Positions 9,556 to 19,567 of a stretch of 64,000 nucleotides of DNA are shown here, one piece after another. Both the position numbers and the translations under genes were made by a program. The stretch covers positions 361,175 through 425,174 of the forward strand of contig JBBRSB010000001.1 in the NCBI GenBank assembly GCA_038245785.1. Direction: 5' to 3'. Position 1 is the stretch's first letter, and each line of letters begins with the position of its first letter. Source of the stretch: Gloeobacterales cyanobacterium (lineage in GTDB: Bacteria > Cyanobacteriota > Cyanobacteriia > Gloeobacterales > PMM-0068). A model generated the notes under the pieces. That model was not told where the DNA came from. It ran no database searches and saw nothing but the letters and a program-made list of their open reading frames with translations.

Positions 9556-11058
9556 ATGTCTAATATCCCCTCTGAAGACCGCTTGCGCGTAGTTCGTACC
9601 AATATTGCTGCCGTGCAGGTGATTGTAGAAACCGTGGCTGGAACCCTCGGCCCAAAAGGCTTGGATGTGCTGCTGGTAGACGATTTGGGGCGGATCATTC
9701 TGACTAATGATGGGATTGAAATTTTAAGACAGCTCGATGCCCAACACCCCTGTGCCCGTCTGGTCATTCAAGCGATTGAAGCCCAGGAAACGGCTGTTGG
9801 CGATGGCACAACCACCGCTACGGTGATGGCTGGAGCGCTGCTCGAATCCGCCCTTCTTGCCCTACAGAAAGGAGTCCCGGTTAATCCGATTCTTTCGGGA
9901 ATGGTTAAAGCCTCGTCAGTAGCTGTTCGTGTATTGGAAGACATGTCCAAGCCTGTACCCTTGGACAGTCCACTCCTCCTCCAGACTGCCCTGATTGCGG
10001 CCCGTGGAGACGAAACCTTAGCTCAATTAGTCGTAGAAGGCGTACGCACCTTGGGCCCTGAGAAACTGAAGGACCCCGAATTCCGATTGAGCAGCCTGAT
10101 TGCTCCTCGCTTGGGGCAAACCAGTCAGCTGGTGGCAGGAACCGTTTTGAGTAAGCCAGCCCTAAATCCGCCCCTAATGGCCTGGGAAAAAACGGGTGGC
10201 ATTTTGGTTGTGGCCGATGCCCTAGAGCCGGAAAGTTTGGACCCCCAAGCTTTGGGCACGGAAAGTGGCTTTAATCAGTATTTAGTGATCCAAAATCGTT
10301 TCCGCGAAGCCTTGCAGAATCTCTCTGGCAAAGGAATCGTAGTCCTCTTAGCGGAGAGAAGCATTGATCCCACTGCTTTAGAAGTTTTGAATCAGTTGGG
10401 AGTCCTTGCTTTTGAACGGGTCAGTCAGCGCGACTGGCGGCGGATTTGTCAATTTACTGGAGCCACACCGATCACGCGTACGGCGCTGGCCTCCAAAGAT
10501 TTACCTTTAGGCAAAGCCCACGCCCGCTATTTGGGAGAACAGGCTCGTCTCCTTTTTACGGAAGGGGTTGGCGAACCGATGGTAACCCTTCAAGTTGGAG
10601 CCATCTCTGATGAAGTCCTCGCCGAGAATGTGCGGGTAACTACCGATAGTTGCGGAGCTGTACAGGCTGCTTTACACCAGGGCATTGTCGCAGGCGGTGG
10701 CGCGGCAGAAGTGGCCTGCCGTCCGGCTGTCCAAGAACTCCTAGACCAAACTCAAACCCTAGAACGATACGGAATCCAAGCAGTGCTAGAGGCGCTGAGT
10801 CGTCCCTTAGAGCAAATGCTCAGCAATGCTGGCTATGCTCCCCTCGAGAAAATTGCTCAGGTTTTGGCCCAGCAACAAATGGAGCACAATCCACACCTAG
10901 GGATTGACCAAGAAACTGGGAATATCACGGACCTCTGGAAGCTGGGGATCGTAGATCCAACGGAGGTCAAAACCCATGCACTTAAGGTAGCCTGTGAAAT
11001 TGCAGGCCGCGTATTGCGGATCCAAACTATTGTGCGCAAGCGGGAAGAATCTTCGTGA
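9556..11058 (+). CDS. TCP-1/cpn60-family chaperonin, thermosome-like (group III type)
   Basis: TLGPKGLDVLLVD, TNDG, HPCARL, VGDGTTT, AGGGAAE, GIVDPTEVK. These are group II/III-style rather than GroEL-style motifs; no groES adjacent. Confidence 0.88.
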   Translation: MSNIPSEDRLRVVRTNIAAVQVIVETVAGTLGPKGLDVLLVDDLGRIILTNDGIEILRQLDAQHPCARLVIQAIEAQETAVGDGTTTATVMAGALLESALLALQKGVPVNPILSGMVKASSVAVRVLEDMSKPVPLDSPLLLQTALIAARGDETLAQLVVEGVRTLGPEKLKDPEFRLSSLIAPRLGQTSQLVAGTVLSKPALNPPLMAWEKTGGILVVADALEPESLDPQALGTESGFNQYLVIQNRFREALQNLSGKGIVVLLAERSIDPTALEVLNQLGVLAFERVSQRDWRRICQFTGATPITRTALASKDLPLGKAHARYLGEQARLLFTEGVGEPMVTLQVGAISDEVLAENVRVTTDSCGAVQAALHQGIVAGGGAAEVACRPAVQELLDQTQTLERYGIQAVLEALSRPLEQMLSNAGYAPLEKIAQVLAQQQMEHNPHLGIDQETGNITDLWKLGIVDPTEVKTHALKVACEIAGRVLRIQTIVRKREESS

Positions 11059-11894
11059 AACGAGTTTCATGGCTATGGTTGATGCTGGTCAGCCCGGTGT
11101 GTTTGAGTGCAGTGATCGCGGCACCCCTGTCTTATAAGTTGATCTCTAAAAAAGTGAGTTCAGTGCCAGCTGTTGCGCAGACGCTCCAGCGTCCGTTGGC
11201 TGCTACGCCTCCCTCTCCAGCCCAGGACATGCAAGCTGTAGGAGAAGTCCAGGTCTTTAATCAGAGTGGCACTCCTATCCAAGTAATCTTGACCCGCAAA
11301 GATGGAGCCACCCAAGAAAGCTATTGGAACTTTTCCTCTCGGCAAGGCAAAGATATGCGCCTGAAAGTAGACGAAAAACCGGTGCTGCTCTTCGCTGGAG
11401 ATGTAATAGCGGCGATCGCCATGGATGGCTCACGCAATTTTTGGGGTCCTTTTGTCACCGGACGTCCCAATGTTCCTCTGACATGGGATATCAAGAAAAA
11501 AATGTGGACACTGACGATTAATCGAGGGCTGGAGCCTATCGCTGCGGGCACCGCTCCCTCCTCCAAGAACCCTCCTGTCCCAGCTACGCCCTCAAGCCGC
11601 AAGGGTTCTCTACGGGTCGGTAACACTACAGATTTAAAAGTAAGAATTGTCCTGACCAAGCGAGATGGTTCTGTCTCCGGTGCCTTCTGGGATTATGAAC
11701 CACAGGAAGGGAGTGCCGAAGGGGTGGAATTGGCCCTTGGCGAAACGCCTCTTGTCGTTCAGGAAGGCGATATCTTGATGGCTTTTAGCCCAGAATTCCC
11801 AGACCGCTTTTGGGGACCCGATATTATTGGAGCCACCCCCGCTCCTTTTTGGGACAACAAGCGTAGAGTCTGGAGCGCTTTGTTAAAGCCTTAG
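11055..11894 (+). CDS. Secreted hypothetical protein with two internally repeated ~95-aa beta-rich domains
   Basis: Signal peptide; repeats G.(V/L).V.N...VILT(RK/KR)DG....W...GD......FWGP...WD.K..W; GTGA overlap with the chaperonin stop. Confidence 0.7.
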   Translation: MKRVSWLWLMLVSPVCLSAVIAAPLSYKLISKKVSSVPAVAQTLQRPLAATPPSPAQDMQAVGEVQVFNQSGTPIQVILTRKDGATQESYWNFSSRQGKDMRLKVDEKPVLLFAGDVIAAIAMDGSRNFWGPFVTGRPNVPLTWDIKKKMWTLTINRGLEPIAAGTAPSSKNPPVPATPSSRKGSLRVGNTTDLKVRIVLTKRDGSVSGAFWDYEPQEGSAEGVELALGETPLVVQEGDILMAFSPEFPDRFWGPDIIGATPAPFWDNKRRVWSALLKP

Positions 11895-12373
11895 GATTCT
11901 AGCCAGGGTAATTTTTCAGGCCAGCTAAAGTCTCCCCATTCCTTAGCTCGTTTGAGATGAAGGGGGTGGGGCATTCGTTCGTAGCCTTTATCTCCAGGCA
12001 CGGTGATTACATAGACAAAGCCCGTCCCCCCAGCCCGAATCCCAATTCCCCGCAGAACCTGAGCCGCCTCCAACAAAAACCAGTGAGAGGTGCCCTGGCG
12101 GTCTTTTTCCATAAATTGACGCACAGGAATGACTACGTGCTGAGGCTTATAGCGGTCCCAGCCTCCTGCCTCCAGACTATCCAATTGGGCCCAGCCACCC
12201 AAGGGAATATCAAGGTCGGGATATTCGCCCTTACGTTTTCCCCAGGTGACCAGAGCTGCCCCTTTAGTCCCGACCACGGGTAATTGGGCATGGGGAATGG
12301 GAAAGTAGGTCCGACGATGCTCGATTTGCCCGGACTTTGGATTATGGGCTTTGTACTCTACGCCACCGCACAT
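11891..12373 (-). CDS. Hypothetical protein, possibly a distant SRAP/YedK-like family member
   Basis: N-terminal MCG; WG motif; VVIPVRQFMEK. Confidence 0.6.
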   Translation of the reverse strand: MCGGVEYKAHNPKSGQIEHRRTYFPIPHAQLPVVGTKGAALVTWGKRKGEYPDLDIPLGGWAQLDSLEAGGWDRYKPQHVVIPVRQFMEKDRQGTSHWFLLEAAQVLRGIGIRAGGTGFVYVITVPGDKGYERMPHPLHLKRAKEWGDFSWPEKLPWLES

Positions 12374-12710
12374 GAGTTCGCATTGTCTGTGGACACGTAC
12401 ATCTACTTTATCTGGTCAAAGACTGCGTGACCTACGCCATAGTAGCGAAGCGTTCGCAAACTCTTGCTAGGCTAAGATAAGTATTTAAGGAACGACAGAG
12501 CGAGATTTACCACCTATAGAGCACCTGTTGAAAAAAATTGAGCAATATTGACCGCAGAATATCCTCTTGCTAAATCTTAGACACGTGCAAACTTTTCATG
12601 GTTTTTCTCCAAGCCGCTTGAACAAAATTAAGAAATTCTAGTTTTTAGCTTTTTGATGACAGCTCATTGTATAACTTTAGGTTTCTTTCCAAATTCCAAA
12701 AATAGAGAGC

Positions 12711-14342
12711 TTGATGTTAAAAAGTAAACAGTGGTTGGCACACAAAGAAAATCAGATAGTGGTCCTTCTGTTATTTAGCGGACTACTGTTTAGAAGTATA
12801 ATTGCTACTTTTCTATCTCCTGGTTTTGATGAATCCTATTACTATCTCTATGCACTCCATCTTGATTGGAGTTATTTTGATCACCCACCCCTGATTGCAT
12901 TCACAACAGGATTAGGGCCGTGGCTCACAGGCGAAGTCTCTCAGTTCACCATTCGCATAGGTTCTCTACTTTTATACACAGGTACACTGACATTTTTGTA
13001 TCTAACGAGTGCCCAATTATTTTCTAAACGAGCGGCGACTTGGACACTAGCAATTGCAACGACCATCCCCATTTTTCAAATTGTTTTTGGAACCCTGAAT
13101 CTACCAGATGTTCCCTTGATGTTCTTTTGGTCAGCAAGTCTATATGTTGCTGCCTGCGAGTTTTTTCACAAATCTAAAACTTACGCTCCTAGCTATCGTA
13201 TTGCCATCCTTGGTTTGTTGGTGGGCTTAGCTTTCTTAGGAAAATATCATGGTGCTCTTTTAGGCCTAGGCTTAGTGGCTTTTTGCCTAACAAACCCCCG
13301 TCATCGCTCGGCCCTATTTTCTCCCTGGACAGCATTAGGAGTGACTATATTTTTAGCTACTATCTCCCCTGTATTGTTTTGGAATATGAATCATGATTGG
13401 GCCTCTTTTCGCTTTCAATCAGGACGAGTTGTTCCTAGTAATAGCTTAAAAATAAATGATTTGTTTACTACATTTCTCGTGGGCTTAGGTTATCTGTTTC
13501 CCACTTTAGGATTGCCCCTGTGGTGGGTAACTCTAAAGGCAACTTTTGCTCAGGTGATGCCTATCATTAATCCAAAAATAATTCCTATAGAACAAGAGAG
13601 TAGTCAGAAACAACGGATGATTTTATGGGTGTCTTTACCCATTTTTCTATGGTTCACCTTCATTGGCGGATATCAACCGATCCTTCCTAGCTGGCCAATG
13701 CCAGGATTCTTTGGGGCTACGTTACTATTAGGACTACAGGCGTCCATCTGGGAAAGTAAATTTCCGCAACGGGTACGCTCTTGGTTGCAAGGCTCAGCCG
13801 CTGTTATAGTCTCCCTTATGCTTTTTGCCCTGCTCCATGTGACCTGGGGAATCATTCAAAAGCCTGGACAATATGCCTTAGGAGGCGGATTTTGGCCCGC
13901 TAAAGACGACAGCTCAACTCAACTGATTGATATCCAGCAGCTTCGTCAGGGCTTTATCCAATCACCTGTCCTGAGGAAAGCTTTAGCTCGTGCTGATTTT
14001 GTCTTTACCAATAGATATTTTCTGGGAGGACAGATTGCGATGGCCTTGACACCGATCGAGAATAAGAGAATCACTTGTTTCGATGCAGACCTTCGTGGAT
14101 TTGCCTTTTGGTCAAAAGATACTGAAGGGCTGAATAAGGATGCTCTTTACATTACCTCTGAACTCTTTGGACAAGGGGAAGACATAAACGCAAAATATGG
14201 CAGCTATTTCCGTTCAATTGAAAAGATTGGGGAAGTTCCCATTCGCCGAGGAGGGGTAGTGGTACAGGTCTTTAATGTTTACTATGCTAAAACTTTACTC
14301 AAACCCTATCCACGACCCTATGGTTTGAAATCACCATCTTAG
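12711..14342 (+). CDS. Membrane glycosyltransferase (GT39/ArnT-PMT family)
   Basis: DESYY, YFDHPPL, PDVPL, GKYHG; many TM helices. Confidence 0.9.
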   Translation: MMLKSKQWLAHKENQIVVLLLFSGLLFRSIIATFLSPGFDESYYYLYALHLDWSYFDHPPLIAFTTGLGPWLTGEVSQFTIRIGSLLLYTGTLTFLYLTSAQLFSKRAATWTLAIATTIPIFQIVFGTLNLPDVPLMFFWSASLYVAACEFFHKSKTYAPSYRIAILGLLVGLAFLGKYHGALLGLGLVAFCLTNPRHRSALFSPWTALGVTIFLATISPVLFWNMNHDWASFRFQSGRVVPSNSLKINDLFTTFLVGLGYLFPTLGLPLWWVTLKATFAQVMPIINPKIIPIEQESSQKQRMILWVSLPIFLWFTFIGGYQPILPSWPMPGFFGATLLLGLQASIWESKFPQRVRSWLQGSAAVIVSLMLFALLHVTWGIIQKPGQYALGGGFWPAKDDSSTQLIDIQQLRQGFIQSPVLRKALARADFVFTNRYFLGGQIAMALTPIENKRITCFDADLRGFAFWSKDTEGLNKDALYITSELFGQGEDINAKYGSYFRSIEKIGEVPIRRGGVVVQVFNVYYAKTLLKPYPRPYGLKSPS

Positions 14343-14395
14343 TAATGGTAAAACTCATGATTCCGCAGGAATGCATTCTTTCCTGACTGAGGTTC

Positions 14396-14941
14396 TCACC
14401 TGGACTCTTTCAATATTTCAAGAGCTTCATCGCACCAATCTACCCACTCTGCCTCAAAGCGCATTCCCCGACGCAGGGTGAGATGCATTAATTGTTCTTT
14501 CCAGGTTGGGGCTGTGGGATTTGGCAAAACGGTAGGCTCGATCGCTTGATAGTTCTGTAGCGCCTTCAAATGGAGATTTCGTCTCCGCTCCACTTCTGCA
14601 ATCAGGTCCTCTGTCGGAACGAGATTCCCTGCAGAAATCTTAATCAGTAAATCCTCTCGAATCACGCAGGGATGACTGGGTTCAGCTAACCACTTAAGCA
14701 GGCTTTGCTTGCCCAGATCGGTAATCGAGTAAATTTTTTTATCTAGCCGTCCTTCACGCGGTATCGCTTCCGCAGTAACCAAGCCTTCAGACTCTAGTTT
14801 CGCTAGCTCCCTATAGATCTGCTGTTGAGCGGCATTCCAAAAAAAACCAAGCGTCTCGCTGAATTGTTTCGACAAATCATACCCACTCTGAGGGGTTTCT
14901 ATGAGGCAAGAGAGGATTGCTGCTGCTAAAGCCGTAGTCAT
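14396..14941 (-). CDS. PadR-family transcriptional regulator
   Basis: SGYDLSKQF...FWNAAQQQIYRELAKLE...KKIYSITDLG; divergent from the dev operon. Confidence 0.92.
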   Translation of the reverse strand: MTTALAAAILSCLIETPQSGYDLSKQFSETLGFFWNAAQQQIYRELAKLESEGLVTAEAIPREGRLDKKIYSITDLGKQSLLKWLAEPSHPCVIREDLLIKISAGNLVPTEDLIAEVERRRNLHLKALQNYQAIEPTVLPNPTAPTWKEQLMHLTLRRGMRFEAEWVDWCDEALEILKESR

Positions 14942-15070
14942 AGGTTGAAAGACAGAACTACCCCAAATATAGGGGGCAAATTGTCAAAAGTGATTTTTGC
15001 AGGTTCCTTGCCCCCGTGCCTTCGAGCACCTGCTCATCCCTAAACGCTATCATTGGATACAACAATTTTT

Positions 15071-15086
15071 ATTCAACTAATTGTAT
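15071..15086. promoter_or_regulatory. Possible PadR operator
   Basis: Imperfect palindrome ATTCAA-CTAA-TTGTAT between padR and devB. Confidence 0.3.
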
Positions 15087-15133
15087 TATATTGCTTGTAT
15101 AGAATTCATTTCCAAGACAGCGAGGATGACTTT

Positions 15134-16357
15134 ATGCAGAATACTGATGAGCGACCGCAGGCATCAGCCTCTCTATTCCTTCGAAAATTGTTGCCTCCGA
15201 AGCGCTGGATGCTGGGTCTAGGGACGGGTACAGCTTTGATAACGCTTGCCCTCTCTGGCTACTTTCTGCGACCGTTGATCGCGGGATTTCAGTCTTCTAC
15301 GCCCCAACCTGTGCTGCGTCGCCCCGTGATTAAAGCCGTTACAGCGCTGGGGCGGTTAGAGCCTCAGGGAGAAGTGATTCAACTGGCGGCTTCCACTCAG
15401 GGAGGCCGACTGCAGCAGTTGTTGGTCAAGGTGGGTGATCAGGTCCAAAAAGGACAAGTGATTGCTGTTTTGGATACTCATGATCGCTTGCAAGCGGCCC
15501 TGAATCAGGCAAAACGACGGGTAGCAGTAGCACAAACTCGGTTGGCACAGGTAGAGGCAGGGGCAAAGACGGGAGAGATTAACGCCCAGAGAGCAATGGT
15601 TGCCCGGATTTCCGTCCAGCAACGGGAGGATGTTGCTGCAAAATCTGCCATCGTCCGCCGTTTAGAAGCTGAGGTTCGCAATGCTCAATTGGAATATCAA
15701 CGCTATGAATCTCTTTACCAACAGGGAGCGGTTTCAGCTTCACTGCGGGATAACAAAAAATTAGCCCATGAGGTGACCCTACAGCAGCTCAATGAAGCAA
15801 AAACCAATCGCAATCAAGTGGCTGAAACGCTGGCCAAACAAGTTCAAGAAGCTGAAGCTACGCTTGACCAGATTACGGAAGTGCGTCCTGTAGACGTAGA
15901 GGCCGCGAGGGCTGAAGTGCGGAGTGCAGAGGTCGCCGTTCAACAAGCGCAAGCGGAGCTAGATTTAGCCTCGATCAAGGCACCCAGGAGGGGTCAAATT
16001 CTCAAAGTTCAAACCTGGGAAGGCGAAAGTATCGATAGCCAAAAGGGGATTGTGGCGCTGGGCCAAACAGATCAGATGTACGCCGTTGCAGAAGTGTATG
16101 AAACCGATTTACCCAGAATTCGCTTGGGTCAACTGGCTACGATTACCCGTAATACCGGGGGTTCCTTAACCCAGCCGCTGCATGGTGTTGTGGATGAAGT
16201 GGGTTTAGAAGTTGCCAAGAAAGACGTTTTGAATACAGATCCAGCGGCTGATCTTGATGCACGGGTAGTTGAAGTGAAAATTCGCCTTAATCCGCTCGAT
16301 AGCCAGAAGGTTAAAGGGCTCACCAATATGAAAGTGAAAGTAGCGATCAACCTGTAG
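15134..16357 (+). CDS. devB: DevB-family ABC exporter membrane fusion protein
   Basis: VTALGRLEPQGEVI, long coiled coil, VAEVYETD, DARVVEVKIRL. Start set at MQNTD after GAGG. Confidence 0.92.
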   Translation: MQNTDERPQASASLFLRKLLPPKRWMLGLGTGTALITLALSGYFLRPLIAGFQSSTPQPVLRRPVIKAVTALGRLEPQGEVIQLAASTQGGRLQQLLVKVGDQVQKGQVIAVLDTHDRLQAALNQAKRRVAVAQTRLAQVEAGAKTGEINAQRAMVARISVQQREDVAAKSAIVRRLEAEVRNAQLEYQRYESLYQQGAVSASLRDNKKLAHEVTLQQLNEAKTNRNQVAETLAKQVQEAEATLDQITEVRPVDVEAARAEVRSAEVAVQQAQAELDLASIKAPRRGQILKVQTWEGESIDSQKGIVALGQTDQMYAVAEVYETDLPRIRLGQLATITRNTGGSLTQPLHGVVDEVGLEVAKKDVLNTDPAADLDARVVEVKIRLNPLDSQKVKGLTNMKVKVAINL

Positions 16358-16389
16358 ACCGTGAATCATTCTCAAAGGAAATAGAAGCC

Positions 16390-17547
16390 ATGAAACGCAG
16401 AATCTTTTTAGCCTGGAGACAACTTTCACGGGAGCGCACACGTATCTTGGTCGCCATCGCAGGCATTGCTTTTGCGAATGTGCTGATGTTTCTGCAAATT
16501 GGATTTCGTAGCGCTCTGTTTAATGGTGCTGTTCAGCTTCATGACAGTTTAGACGGCGATATTGTGCTGGTGAGTGACCGCTACAAGGCGTTGATTGCCC
16601 TCGATCGTTTTACAGAACGGCGTTTGTATCAGGCCTTTGGCTATGAAGGTGTACAGTCCGTTAGCCCTGTGTATTTACAGCCCGTTCAGTGGAAGAATCC
16701 AGAAAACAAGCAAATTTGGAATCTCTATGCCATTGGTTTTAATCCAGATGACCATGTAATCAATCTGCCTGCAGTACAGGCCAATCTAGAAAAACTGAAA
16801 CAACCGGATACCGTGATCTTTGATCAAGGTTCACGGGCAGAGTTTGGGCCTGTTACTCAGCTATTTAAAGAGCATGGTGTATTCAGCACTGAAGTCGAGA
16901 ATCGGCAGGTGGAAGTTGTAGGACTATTCAAGCTAGGAACTTCGTTTGGTATCAACGGCAATCTGATTACGAGCGATATTAATTTTTTACGTCTGTTCCA
17001 CGAGAGGCGACAAAAAGGACTAATTGATATCGGTGTGATCAAATTGGAATCGGGAGCCAATGCCGCACAAGTGCTGCAGAATTTGCGTTCGGGCCTCCCG
17101 GATGATGTACGCATTATGTCCAAGCAAGAATTTATGGATCAGGAGAAAAGCTTTTGGAATACGAGTACGCCCGTCGGCTATGTGTTTGATTTAGGTGCCG
17201 TGATTGGCTTTATCGTTGGGGCTGTCATTGTCTATCAAATTCTCTATAGCGACGTCTCGGATCACCTGCCAGAGTATGCGACGCTGAAAGCGATTGGTTT
17301 TAAAGACCGTTATCTATTATTAGTTGTCTTTCAAGAATCTTTAATTCTGGCAGCGATGGGATTCATTCCTGGCTTTTTAATTTCACTAGGGTTCTATCAA
17401 GTGACACGTCAAGCAACTTTGTTGCCTATGTTGATGACTCTTGATCGAGCCTTATTTGTATTAGTTTTAACAGCGTTCATGTGTTCTATTTCTGCAGTCA
17501 TTGCCATTCGTAAACTTCAATCTGCCGATCCAGCGGAGGTATTTTAA
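16390..17547 (+). CDS. devC: DevC-family ABC permease
   Basis: LAWRQL...AIAGIAFA; VIVYQILYSDVSDHLPEYATLKAIG; KLQSADPAEVF. Confidence 0.93.
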   Translation: MKRRIFLAWRQLSRERTRILVAIAGIAFANVLMFLQIGFRSALFNGAVQLHDSLDGDIVLVSDRYKALIALDRFTERRLYQAFGYEGVQSVSPVYLQPVQWKNPENKQIWNLYAIGFNPDDHVINLPAVQANLEKLKQPDTVIFDQGSRAEFGPVTQLFKEHGVFSTEVENRQVEVVGLFKLGTSFGINGNLITSDINFLRLFHERRQKGLIDIGVIKLESGANAAQVLQNLRSGLPDDVRIMSKQEFMDQEKSFWNTSTPVGYVFDLGAVIGFIVGAVIVYQILYSDVSDHLPEYATLKAIGFKDRYLLLVVFQESLILAAMGFIPGFLISLGFYQVTRQATLLPMLMTLDRALFVLVLTAFMCSISAVIAIRKLQSADPAEVF

Positions 17548-17549
17548 TT

Positions 17550-18266
17550 ATGAGCTATGAGTTACAAGAATCTGCCATCTCTATCCAAAATATAAACTAC
17601 TACTATGGTCAGGGACACCTGCGCAAACAGGTTTTATTTGATGTCAGCCTAGAAGTGCAAGCAGGCGAGATCGTGATCATGACTGGCCCGTCTGGCTCAG
17701 GAAAAACCACCCTCTTAAGTCTGATTGGATGTCTACGGGCATCGCAAGAAGGCAGTCTCAGGATTTTGGGTCAAGAGCTACGGGATGCCGCTCAAGAACA
17801 ACTGGTAGAATCTCGACGAAAACTAGGCTATATCTTCCAAACGCATAATTTATTGAAGTTTCTGACGGCACAGGAAAATGTGCAAATGCCTCTAGAACTC
17901 CATGATCTTGCCTTCGAAAAAGCACAGGCAAAAGCCAAAAAGATGCTGCTCGAAGTTGGCCTAGAGGAACGGGCCGATTACTATCCAGAGAATCTTTCTG
18001 GTGGGCAAAAGCAACGCGTTGCCATCGCCCGTGCTCTGGTCACCAATCCTAAAATTGTGCTTGCTGACGAACCAACGGCGTCACTCGATAAGCAGTCTGG
18101 TCGCGATGTGGTGGAATTAATGCAGAAGCTAGCGAAAGAACAGGGCTGCACCATTCTGCTCGTAACTCATGACAACCGCATTCTCGATATTGCCGACCGA
18201 ATTGTTCATATGGAAGACGGGCGATTGGTAACGGATGCTGTTTTGGATTTTTCGAAATCAAATTAA
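17550..18266 (+). CDS. devA: DevA-family ABC ATP-binding protein
   Basis: GPSGSGKTT, LSGGQKQRVAIARAL, LADEPTA, VTHD. Confidence 0.94.
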   Translation: MSYELQESAISIQNINYYYGQGHLRKQVLFDVSLEVQAGEIVIMTGPSGSGKTTLLSLIGCLRASQEGSLRILGQELRDAAQEQLVESRRKLGYIFQTHNLLKFLTAQENVQMPLELHDLAFEKAQAKAKKMLLEVGLEERADYYPENLSGGQKQRVAIARALVTNPKIVLADEPTASLDKQSGRDVVELMQKLAKEQGCTILLVTHDNRILDIADRIVHMEDGRLVTDAVLDFSKSN

Positions 18267-18288
18267 GGTTTAGAGGAGAAGCGTTACT

Positions 18289-18744
18289 ATGTATCACTCC
18301 ATTGTTAGAAGGATTGTGCGTCAAGGCTTCCAGCACCTCAGTTCAGGAGAGAGTGAAGCTGTCCTCAAATCATTCGCGCCTGACGTTACTTTTTGCTTTT
18401 TAGGAAATCATGCCTTGGGTGGTGAACAGCATGGTGTCCCTGCCGTACGGGAATATTTCAAGCACATCTACCGTCTGTTTCCTGGCATTCAGATCGAGTC
18501 ACAGGCAATCATGGTGCATGGGTGGCCGTGGGACACCATTGTGACCACGCGCTTTGTCGTTCGTGCCCCCTTGCCCGATGGCCGCACCTATACCAATGAG
18601 GGAATGCAGTTTATGCGCTTGCGCTGGGGCCGCGCTGTTGAGGATTACCTCTACGAGGATACACACAAGCTTATAGAAGCACTGCAATACCTCGCTCAAC
18701 AGGGAGTAAATGAGGCGCTTGCAGCACCGTTAGCTGTAAAGTGA
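18289..18744 (+). CDS. SnoaL/NTF2-family protein
   Basis: FAPDVTFCFLGNHALGG, VHGWPWDT, YTNEGMQFMRLRWG...YEDT. Confidence 0.8.
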   Translation: MYHSIVRRIVRQGFQHLSSGESEAVLKSFAPDVTFCFLGNHALGGEQHGVPAVREYFKHIYRLFPGIQIESQAIMVHGWPWDTIVTTRFVVRAPLPDGRTYTNEGMQFMRLRWGRAVEDYLYEDTHKLIEALQYLAQQGVNEALAAPLAVK

Positions 18745-18943
18745 CATGCTCTACATCCCTTTGGGCTTTTTGTCTGGAACTTCTATATGTTGCGACCTGC
18801 AATAATAAACAGACGTGGCCAGCTGTTGCAACGGATCAATCCACTAGCCCTAAAGACAATCGCGCTGAGGGGTGATATCGCATTCAGGTGGCGTTGAAAG
18901 CCATATGTTAGGATTAAGCGTATCTGTGGCCAGTAAAGGATAT

Positions 18944-19567
18944 ATGCCGACGCTGATCGCTACCGAACTAACCCTTGCTCAACTTCGCGATCGCTTTGGC
19001 ATTGTCCGATCCAGCGAGGCTAATTTCTTCGGGGAATGGTTCGCCCCCTACACAGAAATTACAGAAGCCGAACAGACAGCCCTTGATCGAGTGCAGCAAA
19101 ACTACCTCAGCCAACTCGAGGTTCAATCACTCAATGAAGAAACAGTCAAAATGGTTGTGGTCTCCCCGCTGCTAGACATTGCTGGACTTTATCGCTATCC
19201 CTTCACGATCGACTCAGAAGTCAGTATCGAAATTCAAGAAACTGATGAAAATGGTGTTGCATTAGTTGGACGAATCGATACGTTGATCGTAAAAAAACAA
19301 TTATGGATTTTGGTGGTTGAATCAAAACGGTCTCGCTTCTCGGTGCAGGCAGCCGTTCCCCAGGCACTTGCCTATTTGCTAGCCAAACCACAAACCACCC
19401 AACCTGGCTACGCTTTAATCACCAACGGTGGCGAATTTTTGTTCATTAAGCTGCTTGGCCAAGAATCCCCAAGCTATGATTTCTCCGATACCTTTTCACT
19501 GTTAAATCGTGGCAATGATTTGTTCAAAGTTCTATGCGTTTTGAAACGAATCGCCGTAGCACTATAA
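18944..19567 (+). CDS. Type I restriction HsdR N-terminal-like (PD-(D/E)xK) domain protein, cyanobacterial family
   Basis: NEETVKMVVVSPLL, GRIDTL...VVESKR, PQALAY, TNGGEFLFIKL. Start set at ATG 18944. Confidence 0.8.
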   Translation: MPTLIATELTLAQLRDRFGIVRSSEANFFGEWFAPYTEITEAEQTALDRVQQNYLSQLEVQSLNEETVKMVVVSPLLDIAGLYRYPFTIDSEVSIEIQETDENGVALVGRIDTLIVKKQLWILVVESKRSRFSVQAAVPQALAYLLAKPQTTQPGYALITNGGEFLFIKLLGQESPSYDFSDTFSLLNRGNDLFKVLCVLKRIAVAL

